This document shows positions 38,881-50,864 of a stretch of 64,000 bases of DNA, piece by piece. Numbering within the stretch: the stretch's first letter is position 1; every line of letters begins with the position of its first letter. The notes under the pieces are model-generated. The model was given only the letters and a program-made list of their open reading frames with translations. It made no database searches and was not told the origin of the DNA. This DNA comes from Vermamoeba vermiformis (lineage: Eukaryota), in assembly GCA_045837725.1 (NCBI GenBank), contig JBEWZL010000193.1, positions 1-64,000 of the forward strand. Reading direction: 5' to 3'. A program made the translations under genes and the position numbers.

Positions 38881-40429
38881 TTATTCGTCGTTTATATCTT
38901 CTTCTTCAGCTTTTGCATATGATTGCAGCTCAGCGTAATCTTTGTGAAGAACTTCCAAATCGCCCAAGGCACAATTCAACTCGTCACGTGGCAGTCCTTC
39001 CCCGCGCAAATGAAAATAGAAGCCGGACTTGTGGTACATTTGAAATGTTTCCTGCGTGAGTCTGTTGAAGACCGCACTGATGGCCGTGGTGTTCGCGAGC
39101 ATCGTGACTGATTTGCTGACTTGCGCGAGGACGCCGTTAGGAGCGGTACTCGGCTGACTTGGAATTATTCCGCACTTCACGCTCGTGTTGACGCCTTCAA
39201 CGAACCGCACAGTGTTCGAGGCACGCACGTCGTTGAGTGCAGTTTGAACTTCTTGGGCCTTCACATCCCCGTAGTACATGAGACTAGTCGTGAGGTACTT
39301 GCCCTGCTGAGGATTGAAATCACACAGTAAATTGTCGCTGGAGAAGACTGCGCGTGTCATGTCGTTGACGCTGATGACTTTTTCATAGGCGCGGTGAGTA
39401 GCGACAAAGGGCGATATGGCGCACGACAGGAATGGCAGCCGAGAGAATGGAACCAAGTTGTTCTTAATCTCCTCGAGACTAGTGTTGACTAGACTAGCAT
39501 GCCGCATCGAATAAGTCACATTCGAGATTGCTTGTGCGATCACAACATTGATGTCCGCGAGGGTCGGCCAACGGATGTGCAGCTGTTTCTGACAAATATT
39601 TGCAATGGCTGTATTATCCACAATAATAGTAAAACAACTGTCGTTGATTAGATTGTATAGCGCGAGCACTGCGTTGTACGGCTCAGTTGTGGCCGTGCTG
39701 TAGGTACTTGACGGCGCCACGGCAATGTTGACACGACTCTTTTTTTCAAAGTGATACTCTAACCGATTTTCCAGTGCCGTTGTGAAGCCCGTGCCAGTGC
39801 CTCCACCGAGTGAATGCGTGAATATAAGGCCTTGAAAGTTGTCACAACCCTCGGCGAGCACGCGGATCCGGTCCATTGTGACATCGAGGATATCTCTGCC
39901 AATAGTATACTGACCCTTAGTATAGTTACTAGCCGCGTCCTCCCTTCCTTTTATCAAGCAAGTTGGGTTATATAAGCCGCTGTAGTCTCGTTGTAGGCCT
40001 TCAATAAAGGTCGGATCCAGATCTGCGAAAATTGCTCGCGGAACAAACCTGCAATATTCATTAGCTAACGTGTCATAACATTATATAGCACCTTATATAT
40101 TTACAATTTACGTGCTAAATATTTAATGTCCATATTAAATTAGAATTTGTCTTACTTGTTTTCTGAAGTCTCGCTAAAGAACGTTGAATAATATTGATCC
40201 ACTGTATTTTCATTGCTTATTTTTGTGCCGTCAGAGGAGATATTATGGTCTGTGCAGAACCTGCAGATGCAACAGCAAAAATTAATTCAAAAAAATCCGA
40301 TTTAAAATCTACAATAAATTATCTCCTGAAGTAAACAATAAGAATATCCTATACTTACAATTTCCAACATTCATTGCCTATTTGAACGCCAGCTTGACCA
40401 ATGTGAAGTGAGATGACCTCGCGCCCCAT
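38881..40429 (-). CDS. Highly divergent alpha-tubulin-like protein
   Basis: MGREVISLHIGQAGVQIGNECWKL, TFFSET, VPRAIFADLDP, GREDAASNY, HSLGGGTGTG, EPYNAVL, NLVPFSRL and acidic tail. Confidence 0.9.
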
Positions 40430-40593
40430 CCTGAACTAAGACTGCACCAACGTCTAACAGTTTGATTGCAGCCAATAATAAATCTTTATAATTATTAAGT
40501 CATGAATAGTTGCGTGATTGAGCTCGTGACTTGTTGAAAGTGATAAATTATTAGTTTCATTTTTTTTGCCAGATCGCACCACAGCCCGCCGAA

Positions 40594-41187
40594 ATGTTTT
40601 CTAATTTCGGCACTACAAGCTATAATAATGAGCCTAATGGACATGGTGAGGAAATAGATTATAGGCAATATGATGACGATAACGGTACGTTGCTGATCAG
40701 ATCTTTTTTGGATCGGATTCAGAATTGTTTCCAAAATAATTCTAATAATTTTATTAATTATATAGAGGACCTTGATGAAGCAGAAAGAGATGAATTAATG
40801 CTAAAAATATATACTGGCCAATTAGACAAAGAAATTGAGGCCGCAGAAAACCAGAAAACTACTGAATTAAATACTAATAATATCCCAATTACGGAAAATG
40901 AAGCTAATAGTAATGAATCGGACGATGGTATTCAATTAAATATAACAAATGGAAAACAAGACGAATCCGACGAATCTGCTAGTGGATCTGACTCTGAATC
41001 CGACTTGGAAGAGCTCAAATATAAAGGACTTAAGAAGATTAACGAACAATCAACTAAGGAAGTCAATATTATAAGCGAAGATGATGATTCAAAATCGATC
41101 GAGCAGTTTGTTGCAGATGACACTTCAGATGACGCAAAAGGAGGCAAAAAGAGCATGTCTGCGTCAGTCGGGGTAATTAATAATTAA
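40594..41187 (+). CDS. Intronless acidic, Asn-rich low-complexity ORF (197 aa) ending 24 bp before the foldback element
   Basis: Long ATG-initiated open frame in AT-rich DNA; no recognisable domain. Confidence 0.5.
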   Translation: MFSNFGTTSYNNEPNGHGEEIDYRQYDDDNGTLLIRSFLDRIQNCFQNNSNNFINYIEDLDEAERDELMLKIYTGQLDKEIEAAENQKTTELNTNNIPITENEANSNESDDGIQLNITNGKQDESDESASGSDSESDLEELKYKGLKKINEQSTKEVNIISEDDDSKSIEQFVADDTSDDAKGGKKSMSASVGVINN

Positions 41188-41210
41188 ATTAATATTATTT
41201 ATTAAATTGT

Positions 41211-42160
41211 TATTGTTAACCGGGCTCAAATCCCCCCGTAAACCGTTTTATAAAACTGTTCAAATTAAATTTAAGTTTTGATTTTATGCAATTGTTTAAT
41301 TTCCGAAGCGATTTAGAACTTTTTAATTTATTTTGTTGAAAGAATTCGATAAATTAAAAATTTTAATAATAATTAAACATTTTAATTAATCAATACTGGC
41401 GGTGCGATGCATTGCCCTCGCCCGTTAGCAATAGTAATATCACACGTATTTAGGGAAGTATATAATATTTATTTAACGTTGCAATACAAATATACAGTAC
41501 GATCAGCGGGACAGCTGTTGTGCACTTGTGAGTGTCAGTAGCGGTGGTAGGTTCACTTACCCAAGGCGCCGTGTATCGTGTGGTTTTGTGGCTTACTTCG
41601 TGATTAAACTTTGAAAAATGAACGGAAAAGATTCTGCGGTGACGTCAAGCTCCTTCCAAATATGGTCAAAATGGCCAAATTCATAGGAAATTCTTGTCCG
41701 AAAACTAGAATGACCAATCGTTAGCGAGCTTTGATTCGTTGTCACCGCAAGTCATGTTTTTCATTGTCAAAGTCAGCACAAGCCACGTAGCCACACGACG
41801 CACTGCACTTGGGTAAGTTTATCGCTAATGACACACGAGCAAGCAGAGCAACCAGCCGCCTTGAACTGTCGTACTGTGCATTGTAATTGCAACGCTAAAT
41901 AAAATTACGTTCACTAAATACTAGTGTCTTATTCACTGAAGCCACGTGCCGAACGTGACCGCGAGCACCGCTGGTATCAATTAATTAAAATGTTTAATTA
42001 TTATTAACATTTTAAATTTACAAATTCTTTCAATAAAATGTAGAAATCGAAGTTCTAAATCGCTTCGGAAATTAAACAATTGCATAAAATCAAAACTTAA
42101 ATTTAATTTGAACAGTTTTATAAAACGGTTTACGGGGGGATTTGAGCCCGGTTAACAATA
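41211..42160. mobile_element. 950-bp non-autonomous foldback/MITE-like element
   Basis: 41211-41321 is the exact reverse complement of 42050-42160 (111 bp). Degenerate inverted symmetry continues almost to the centre (~41690). No ORF of 60 aa or more. Confidence 0.9.
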
Positions 42161-42223
42161 TCTTCGTTAAAATTTTTCACAGTGCTTGATTTAGCTTATT
42201 AAATATAATAACAGCACTTAACT

Positions 42224-43182
42224 ATGGAAGAATCAAATGAAAATAGTGCAATATTTCATTTTGAAGAGCTACCGTTGGAGCTTCAAGAACACATCCTCCT
42301 CCGTTGTGACGATAAAACACTTACAGCCTCGATACCATTATTATCGAAATTAATTAATACATTAGTACACGATGAAGGAAGTGTTTGGCGTGCTAAATGT
42401 CGAGATTATTACACAGAGTCAGAGTGGGAAATTCTGGACGAGTTAAAAAAATTAAACGAGTCTTGGAGGCAATTTTATTTGCGTAGTAAGTTTATATATA
42501 ATAACTAAATAATATTAATAATATTATACGCCCTATACAACGATAATTAAAAATCTTAGGCAAAATCCGACTTCTTCCGATCGTTGGCGTTGACTTTAAA
42601 ACAAAATATAGCACCTTAAAAGAATACCCAGGGGTAGAAAATCTGACGCTATATGGCATGGATTACAAACAAATGCGCTTTTCTTTCAATAACAACAACC
42701 TCACCGAAATTGGTATTAAAAAATTAAACTCCTCTGAAAAACTACCCGAGTAAGTATCAAATATTCATTATAATGCATACAGTGCATATTACCGTGCTAC
42801 TGTATCAAATTTTTGGCTTAAAAAAAAAGATTCGGGATCGCACAACTAAATCTTGCTTAGGCATTGGGAAGAATGCGGATTATCATGGAATATTACTATG
42901 CGAGAGTGTCAAAATTTATTTGAACGGTGGAATGCCACGTGTTTCGTGCAAGACTGCTGGAACGCGAAAGAGCTGATCGCCGTTAAAAAAGAATACGATC
43001 AATTTTATCAATTTTGCTTTCGTTACGAACCAGCAGGTAGTTAACTAACATATAATAAGTACCATTATAATGTTATGTTATTAGGAGCTGATGTAGGTCC
43101 ATTTAGCATCCACATCCGCAGGCAATTCTTTTCACGAGGCGTATTCAACAGGACCGTAAAACCAAAGAAGAATGACCAGTAA
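42224..43182 (+). CDS. F-box-like protein (exon 1 paralogous to the gene at 21786-22801)
   Basis: MEESNENSAIFHFEELPLELQEHILLRCD...VWRAKCRDY, with three further exons joined by GT-AG introns to TAA at 43180-43182. Confidence 0.65.
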
Positions 43183-43919
43183 ATCTCGTTTAAAGGTAAT
43201 AAATAGATTTTTTCTGGCAATTGGAGTCATTCCAGCTGTTTTAACAGATCGATTCAAAATTTCGAAAATATTTGAATTCAAATCAAAACTTTCAAAACTC
43301 CTATTCCAAGCATTATTTATTATGTGTTAAATAGAGTTATAAATATCATGCTTAATTAAAGATATTGCGCGCAATGGTTTAACCCGCAGATACATTTGTA
43401 CTGGCTGATTTTCTCCAAGAAATCAACACTCTGGCTTCATTATTTAACGTATATAAGTCACCTTACATTGGTCCTTACTTTCCGTCACCATAGACAGACT
43501 GCGGAGATAAATTGAGGTAAAATCAGATCCGTGTACCGAAAAATCCGGATGCTTTGTAGTTGGATGAATCCATACTCACCCGTAAGACGCGTACATATAT
43601 ATCGTATGTCATATATAATTAATATATTTGGCCTAGGATATTCAAGTCAGTAACTTTATAGATAGAAGCGGTAAGATCTGGTATTAGGGCCGAAGATTTA
43701 GAGCCACAAATAGCGCCGTAAAGATTGAAAAGCAATCGGTATGACCATGAAATGTTCGGGTAATTTTATATTTGTTGCCATTATAGGAAATTTGGAGCAC
43801 AAAGGAAATTATTTATTGGCAGTAGTGGATCCCGATACTTTAAGATAAAATCTTGTTTCTCGAGCTTCCAAATCATTCTTAATTCGTTCTTCACATCAAG
43901 CAACCAAGCAAGCATCGAA

Positions 43920-45237
43920 ATGAACTCGTTCAAGGCTTTGTTGCTTTTTTCATTCGTCGCTGCTGCGATCTGCCAAGAAACTCCTTTTGGATTTACAACG
44001 GAATTTAATAGGACCGGTCCTAATCGTAATATCAACATTATTTCGGCCCCTGGAAGCTTTGGTATAAGAGCTGTTGCCGTATCCAAGGTTGGAAACATGA
44101 CTGACTTGGATGCCGTCCGCGCCGGAGCAACATTGGTTCCGTTCCCTACTATGACCTACTCGTACTTCACTTCATACCGCAATGTGACTGAAGACATCAC
44201 TGACTTCGCGTCTGCTCATTTCTCCTTCGCTTTCAGATTTGTTGGAATCATCGAGTACGCTGAAAGCGGCACAACTGACGGCTTTCAACCTTCAGGTACG
44301 TCTAATTATACGAATATTATGACTAGGCATGCGTTAAAGATATCATCAACCATTTTTGATCTGAAATATGAAATTATTTGGTATTTTGAAAGTTTACAAA
44401 AAAATCAGATCTGAAATTCAAATTTCAAGGATGATTCGAAAAAGATATTAACTACAGGCATATTTAGAGGATACCGTAGTCTCTTACTACTCCTTGCGCA
44501 AGACGTTGCTCGGCTGGCGAGAAACAACTTCGACCGAGCTGAACAACAACGGCGAGACCGTGCTAGTTATCAGCGCTGCAACTAAGGACGGCGTGGTTAA
44601 TTTTACGCTGGTCTTTGCTGGCAACAAAACGGTCTACGAGAACAAGACATTGGATGGCAACAACTACAAGTTCAGCGTTACCATTGACTACAGCAAAGCT
44701 CCGAACTACAGTGGTCGCAATGACACGAGCATTGCAATTGTGACCGTAGCTACCTCTAAGAAAGCTGTCAGAGATATTCAACGCGTAGATGACACTAGCA
44801 ATGGTGTTGAAGTGCCTTCTGGCGACAGTTCGATCGTTGGTTCGCTGCACTGGGACACGCAAGTCTCGGCCTCGCACAACGGCAGCACCGCGCATTTCAA
44901 TCTCACGAACAGCGTTGATTCGACTCTGCACAACGATTCTGATGCGCTCTATGTGAGTGAGGGCTGGGCTACGCAGGTGATCTACCACTCAATCTCATTG
45001 GACAGCTCCATGACCCTGGGCAATGCTGAGTTGTATTGGGACCCTGAAGTCGGTGCCAGCATTGATTACTCGTCCAGTTCTACGACCTCTAGCCCTTCTT
45101 CTAGCACCACTTCTAGCCCCTCTTCTAGCACCACTTCAGCTCCGTCCACTGGCTCTTCTGCGACGTCATCCGCTTCATCCTCCGTCATTGCTTCGATCGC
45201 CGGTGTCCTTGTCGTCGTCGCTGCTATATTGGCTTAA
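43920..45237 (+). CDS. Secreted, probably GPI-anchored surface glycoprotein with Ser/Thr stalk
   Basis: Signal peptide MNSFKALLLFSFVAAAIC, one intron, many NxS/T sites, LYWDPEVG, SSPSSSTT repeats and hydrophobic tail. Confidence 0.8.
45070..45145 (+). repeat. Coding minisatellite, ~24-bp unit x3 (encodes SSPSSSTT)
   Basis: Tandem ctagcccttcttctagcaccactt units. Confidence 0.75.
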
Positions 45238-45539
45238 GTATTTAGTATTAATACTTAGATCTAGTTGTTCTGTCTGGATCTAGCCATTTGAGACTCTAAT
45301 AAACACATCGTTCAAAAAAAGAAAATTCGCTACCACCACACAGTTTAAGTTTAATGTGTTTTATACGCCTATATATTACAAAATAAACACTCTAAACATT
45401 GTTCGTATCGCCCACACGCTTTTCTAACGGCATATCCGTGCCATCGTGACTAGATCTTCTACTGCTCGTTGTATCGTCATCGGTATAATTGCCAAACTAA
45501 TAATAATCATCAATATATGATCAAGTAGGTATACCAATG

Positions 45540-47427
45540 TTAGCGTACCTGAGCTCCGCCTTTTTGTGCTGCTTCGTGCATTTTATCGATGACTTGATCC
45601 GCAACAATGCTAGGTTGTTTCTCTTCGAGAACTAGGTTTCTAGTATTATGCTTCGCGTGATCAAGATTAAAGCGGTCTTCAGCGATGTAAAGGAACCAGT
45701 ACAAGCAACCGAGGAAGAAACCACCGCCAACAATATTTCCGAGAATAACTGGCAATAAATTACGATAAAGCCAATCTCTAAATTAAAATTACATTAGTTA
45801 TCACGAATAGACCTTATAATCATATTCTTAGTGAGCGTAATGTACCGATAATTATTTGTTAAAACTAAAATTGATAAAAATTGATGTTCGTTTTTTGAGC
45901 CAGTACGCGACGAGTAAAAATAGAGCTGTAACTTACCCATAGCCAATATCACCACCGTAGAATATAGCAGCGTGTATGAAATACATGTTCGCGACAGAGT
46001 GCTCAAAGCCAATGGCGGCGAAAGTCGAGATCGGCAAGTACATGCCCATAATCTTGCCAGGTACGTCTTCTGCGGCAATAGCAATATAGATTGCAGCGCA
46101 TACTAAGAAATTGCACGGAATAGCTTTCAAAAATATGACACCCCAGTTCGAGTAGACTTTGCCGGTTGCAATTGAGTGGATGTACGTGAGATGCGGATCT
46201 GCTGAGAAGAATCCACAGCCGTATGCAACTGCAGCCATTAATACAGTGCCTAGTCATAATATTATATTAGTTTTGGTCGTCCTTTGAGGCAATAGTAATC
46301 GGATCCAGCTGTCCAAAATAACTTCGTCGTATCAGAACAGCGGAAATTGAAAATTTGCTAATATTAATAATTTTATATATTAAATTACCTGCATAATTTC
46401 CAATAAAAGCAAAAGCCCAGTTTTTCCATAGATCCGACCAGACAATTCTTCGACTTAACAAAGAAACCATCATGAACATAATATTGCCTGTCAATAGCTC
46501 TCCTCCAATCAATAAAATAAATACGAGACCGACCTATATATGAATATATAATAATTAGATACTGGTTCATGAACAGACACGGGCGAAAATTAGCGCGTGA
46601 TTGCGGGATCCAACAAATTTTTTTTGTTGCAAACCGCTTTTTGCCAGCGTAATAATAAGAAAACATTATTAATATGATACTTACAGGGAAAAATACGGCA
46701 AATGAAAGCTTCCTCAAGAATAATTGTAGATTTTTGTCTGCCAAGTCAAAACAACCTGCCATCGTAACCGCAAAAGTTCCGCCGATGCCAACGTAAACTT
46801 GATAATAAAAGGTTAATACGGATATTGTATATTATCGAAATATTACTAATTGTTACTACGATTCGACAAAGAAAAAATCAGTAATTTCCGTTCCAATTTT
46901 GACAATTGTTTCTTGATCTAGAAAATAAACCGAACCGAGCCAAAAAATTGATATTAAACAAATTAATATCGTACAATAATTACTTTTGAATTTAAGACCG
47001 TTGTATGAAGGAAAAAAATCTAGATCCACTCTTTTAAAACAAATAAACGGATCAACTTACTTCCACCCATAATAGCAAGCATTAAAATACGATACCAAAC
47101 AACGGATGATTTTTTTTGACCAGCTTCTTGGACGGCAAGGATAGTTTCATTAGGATTTTTGTAAATCTTGTAGTGGAACTCTTTTCTGACGAGCTTGCCT
47201 TGGGCATCTCTTTGCTGGTGCTCCCAGCCTCTATTTTTTAAGCCAGATTTAGGAATCATTCTCGCTCTTGCCAAATCAGATCCGCCTGGAATATCTCTTC
47301 AGTTAATAAAAGCAACGCACGGTAGGCTTCGGGTATTTTAATACTTACGTTCTTTTTGGAGAGACGTATGACTCGTGCGTTACAGCGTTGCAAATAAATA
47401 GTTTCAGAAAAGAACAAACCTGTTCAT
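45540..47427 (-). CDS. Formate/nitrite transporter (FNT family)
   Basis: MLAIMGG, FAVFFPVSIILI, GGELLTGN, KAIPCNFLVCAA, FAAIGFEHSVANMYF and PVILGNIVGG. Confidence 0.93.
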
Positions 47428-48123
47428 GATCCGTTCACAGAAAATTGTAAAACGGGCCCAGACTTTAAGACCGGACGGTAAATAACGTTATGAATATTTC
47501 CGTTTTATTCTTGTCGTATTACAACCCTCCGATCAAACTTATTTGAGTCTGAGTGGCCCGGATTTGACATGATCTGTTCTATTTTTGGTCGTTCTGCTGA
47601 AGATGGCGCAGTATCCATAACCTACATTGAACGCTTAATCTCGTTATACAGTTATTTTTAACCTACTGTTCGTCGTGGGGTTATAAAAAACCGTTGTGCT
47701 TGATCTCTGTCATCTGCAGGGAATGCTGCGCAATAAATTATCAATAAATATTCTTATAATTATTATTTATACAATTATTGGCTAAAAATCGATAAACACA
47801 GCGTTTGACAATTCCCGCCTAAATATTTTAAATTTTGAATTGCTATTAATCCATTGACGTGTATTGAGAGAACGTATATTAAATAATATTAGGACAACTT
47901 ACCGACGTTTCCTAATTGGACCAATCCTATCCTTGGGTACTGTGACAAGATGGGTTTGTCAATTTCGTTTTGTGGAAAGGGGACTACAGGTGCTGATTCT
48001 GCTCCAGCAATAATATCATATACTCGCGAATATGTATTGTTTAATGCCATTATATTGATAGAAAATAAATATACACAGGTGGTGTGGTAGATCGTACTAA
48101 AATTTCAACAAAGACTGAGTTTA

Positions 48124-50738
48124 TTAGTCGTCATCCATCATTATGTTATTCAATTGGAATAACGACTTGGTGCTATTTACATTATTTTTAGGCGTATTGT
48201 TGTTATTTGAAGGTGAAGTAAGTCCATTATATCGCATCTCATTGCTCGATCCATTCACGCCATTTGTCTGCTTTTCTTGAACTTTCTTAGGCACGGCACT
48301 AGGTACTCCATTCGCCCTATTGTGCAAATTACTTTCTCTAAGTGTGTTCTCTGCCTCTTCGTCGCTCGAGATCTCTTCGATCAGCTTGTTTTGGTACGCA
48401 TAATCGTCATCATCATCCACTACTATAACGTCGTACAAAGATAAATTGGAAATGACTTGTCGAGGGCTATTAGAGGGTATATTGTTGTTAGTATTGGCCG
48501 TACTAGGCTGCTTGTTATTGTTCGTTGTTTTGGTGGTGGATGCGGCACTTTTCTTCAACTGATTTTGATCCCATTTGTTGCTCACGAACAAAGTGTATCC
48601 ATCGACAATAACAATATTATTGTTGTTCTCGCTCTCGTCGTCAATAACGTTGATCACTTCAGTCGTAAACTTGGGTTTGTTCGGTGTTTCTTGAACTCTA
48701 ACTGGCTCAGATCCAAGCAGATCTGCTTGTTTTTCGATCAACTCGTCCACCTCGTTGAAATAGTCGTGGGACACGTGTTGATCATTGGTGAATAAATATT
48801 GTACATCGGCTGGTTGAGGCTCGCTGACGGTAACACTCTCTTCGTTATTTACAGTTCGTAGTGGTGAGGCCACGGGCGAAGGAATTTCATCATTCTGTGG
48901 CAGTAACGCGACGGGTTTTTCCGCTTCTAGAATGTACGAGTAATCTTTGCCGTCTTCTAATTCTTCAATAAACGACCGTACGCGCATTTGATTCATAATG
49001 TGTTGTGATGCAAATAGCTGGTCAACGTTAGTCAACTGGTCACTAATCTAATTCTTTTCGAAAAAATACTTACCTCGAGCGGATCTACTTCCGCATTCTT
49101 CTCCACATGAAGAGCAAGGTCCTTTATATACATTTGATGCTCTATCAAGTGGTTGATAGCCTTCGTTAATCGTGCGTGATCGAGCACTGACGCTAACTCG
49201 AGGTAATTGTTCTGCGTAATGTGCAGCACGGGCACGTCGCAATTGAACAAAAGTTTCACGCAGAGCGGGCAATAACCTCGTAGAACAATCGACACCAATT
49301 TCCACGTGGGCAGTGTCGCCAATTTGAGACCAGGGTAGCCCCTATAAGAAATATTATAAGACGGTTTCGTCGGTCAAAAGTTGTCGTGGGACACGTACCT
49401 GTATTGGTAAGGCAAAGGCTGGCCAGGTCCGCGCCTTCGTTTCTCTTGCTTAACAAGGCCATCGAGGTCACCGCCAATAGTTCTCCGTCGTTTTCGCGGT
49501 TGAATCAGCTCTTGATCAATGCCGTCAAATTCATCAAGTTCGTCGCGCTCTCTTTTGATTTCACGCTTGACTTTCTTTTCTGATTTGACTCCTCGTTCAC
49601 TTTTAACTTTACCTTCACCGTCACTTGCCATATGAATAATACGCAAGTCACGCTAAAGACGAAAAAATCATTAGGACGCGCCAAACCGCAAGATCCGGTG
49701 CAAATTTTGACTTACCAAAATTGGTTCGAATTGTTTCTTTAATTTCTTCGCAAGTACCACGCGCTCTTTTTCAGACATTCGACCAGGCAGCTCTGGTTGT
49801 TCTGGCACACGTGTCATTTTGAACTGCCACACTGCAAAGCCCGAGGCACCAACTGTCTTGTAATGCTCGACTACTTTATACAGTCCATCGTATCTAAATC
49901 CATATGGCGCAGCAAAATCGGATTTTAGCCTTATATGGTCACAGTCAATATCAACTTCAATTACCAGGTAATTCGCTAGTACTTACTTAGAGCCACGGAC
50001 TACACGCACTGGCAGATCTAGTTCTTCGGATTTTACCAAAGCTAAATACAGTACGTTAATATTAATGTATTCGTTTAAGAGATTTGAAAGCGGATCTAAT
50101 GAGAGGAATGTAAACACGGCTCGTACCAGCATTAGTTCCCGTCAGCTCTTGATCAGCAACTTGTTTTCCGCCTTGATTTCCTCCAGCACCCGTATATATA
50201 ATAGTATCACCCTCATCCACATCGTCTTCGTAGCTAGAGAACGAACATCAGATCAGGATCATCAAATTTAAAAATTTGGTTCGCAGAATTTCTTGCTTAG
50301 ACATCAACTTGAAAAATATAATATCCATCGATATGTAATTAATAAAATAATATTTAAATATTTAAATAATTTGGGTATAGATTTTTGCGGCAAGGATTAT
50401 TTATGTTCTCAGTACTAACCCTGAATTAAGCACAATAGACTCTGCTCCTCGTTGAGGATTTCCACAAATTCCTAATTAAAATTATTTTAATCAGAAAACA
50501 ATGTAAATTCATTATGTAAAGACGATCGATTGGACTCACCAGCCATAGGTGGTCTGTGTATTCCTGCAAATCTTAAATGTATTCTATTGCCGAATATAGT
50601 GCCTACAGGAACACCAGGCACGGCTCCTATAATTGCCTGAGGCCTAGGAGATAAGACTATGCCGGATTTGTCCTTCAGCTCTGTATCCGCGTCTTTGTCT
50701 TCTTTAGGACGGTTAGTATTTGACTCTTCTTCGTCCAT
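48124..50738 (-). CDS. SRA-YDG (SAD/SRA) methylcytosine-binding domain protein with long low-complexity C-terminus
   Basis: GAVPGVPVGTIF..RIHLRFAGIHRPPMAGI, SIVLNSGYEDDVDEGDTIIYTGAGG, LPVRVVRG, FRYDGLYKVV and WQFKMTRVPEQPELP across exons. Confidence 0.88.
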
Positions 50739-50864
50739 AATAAGTAATTTTAATTATAGTAAGCTGATTCAGGTCATCATTCGTGATCTTCCGTTGCAAA
50801 AAAATAATAAGACAAAAAATTGATTCTCGAACATCATTTTGGTGCTTTTTTGTGGCCTAATAAC

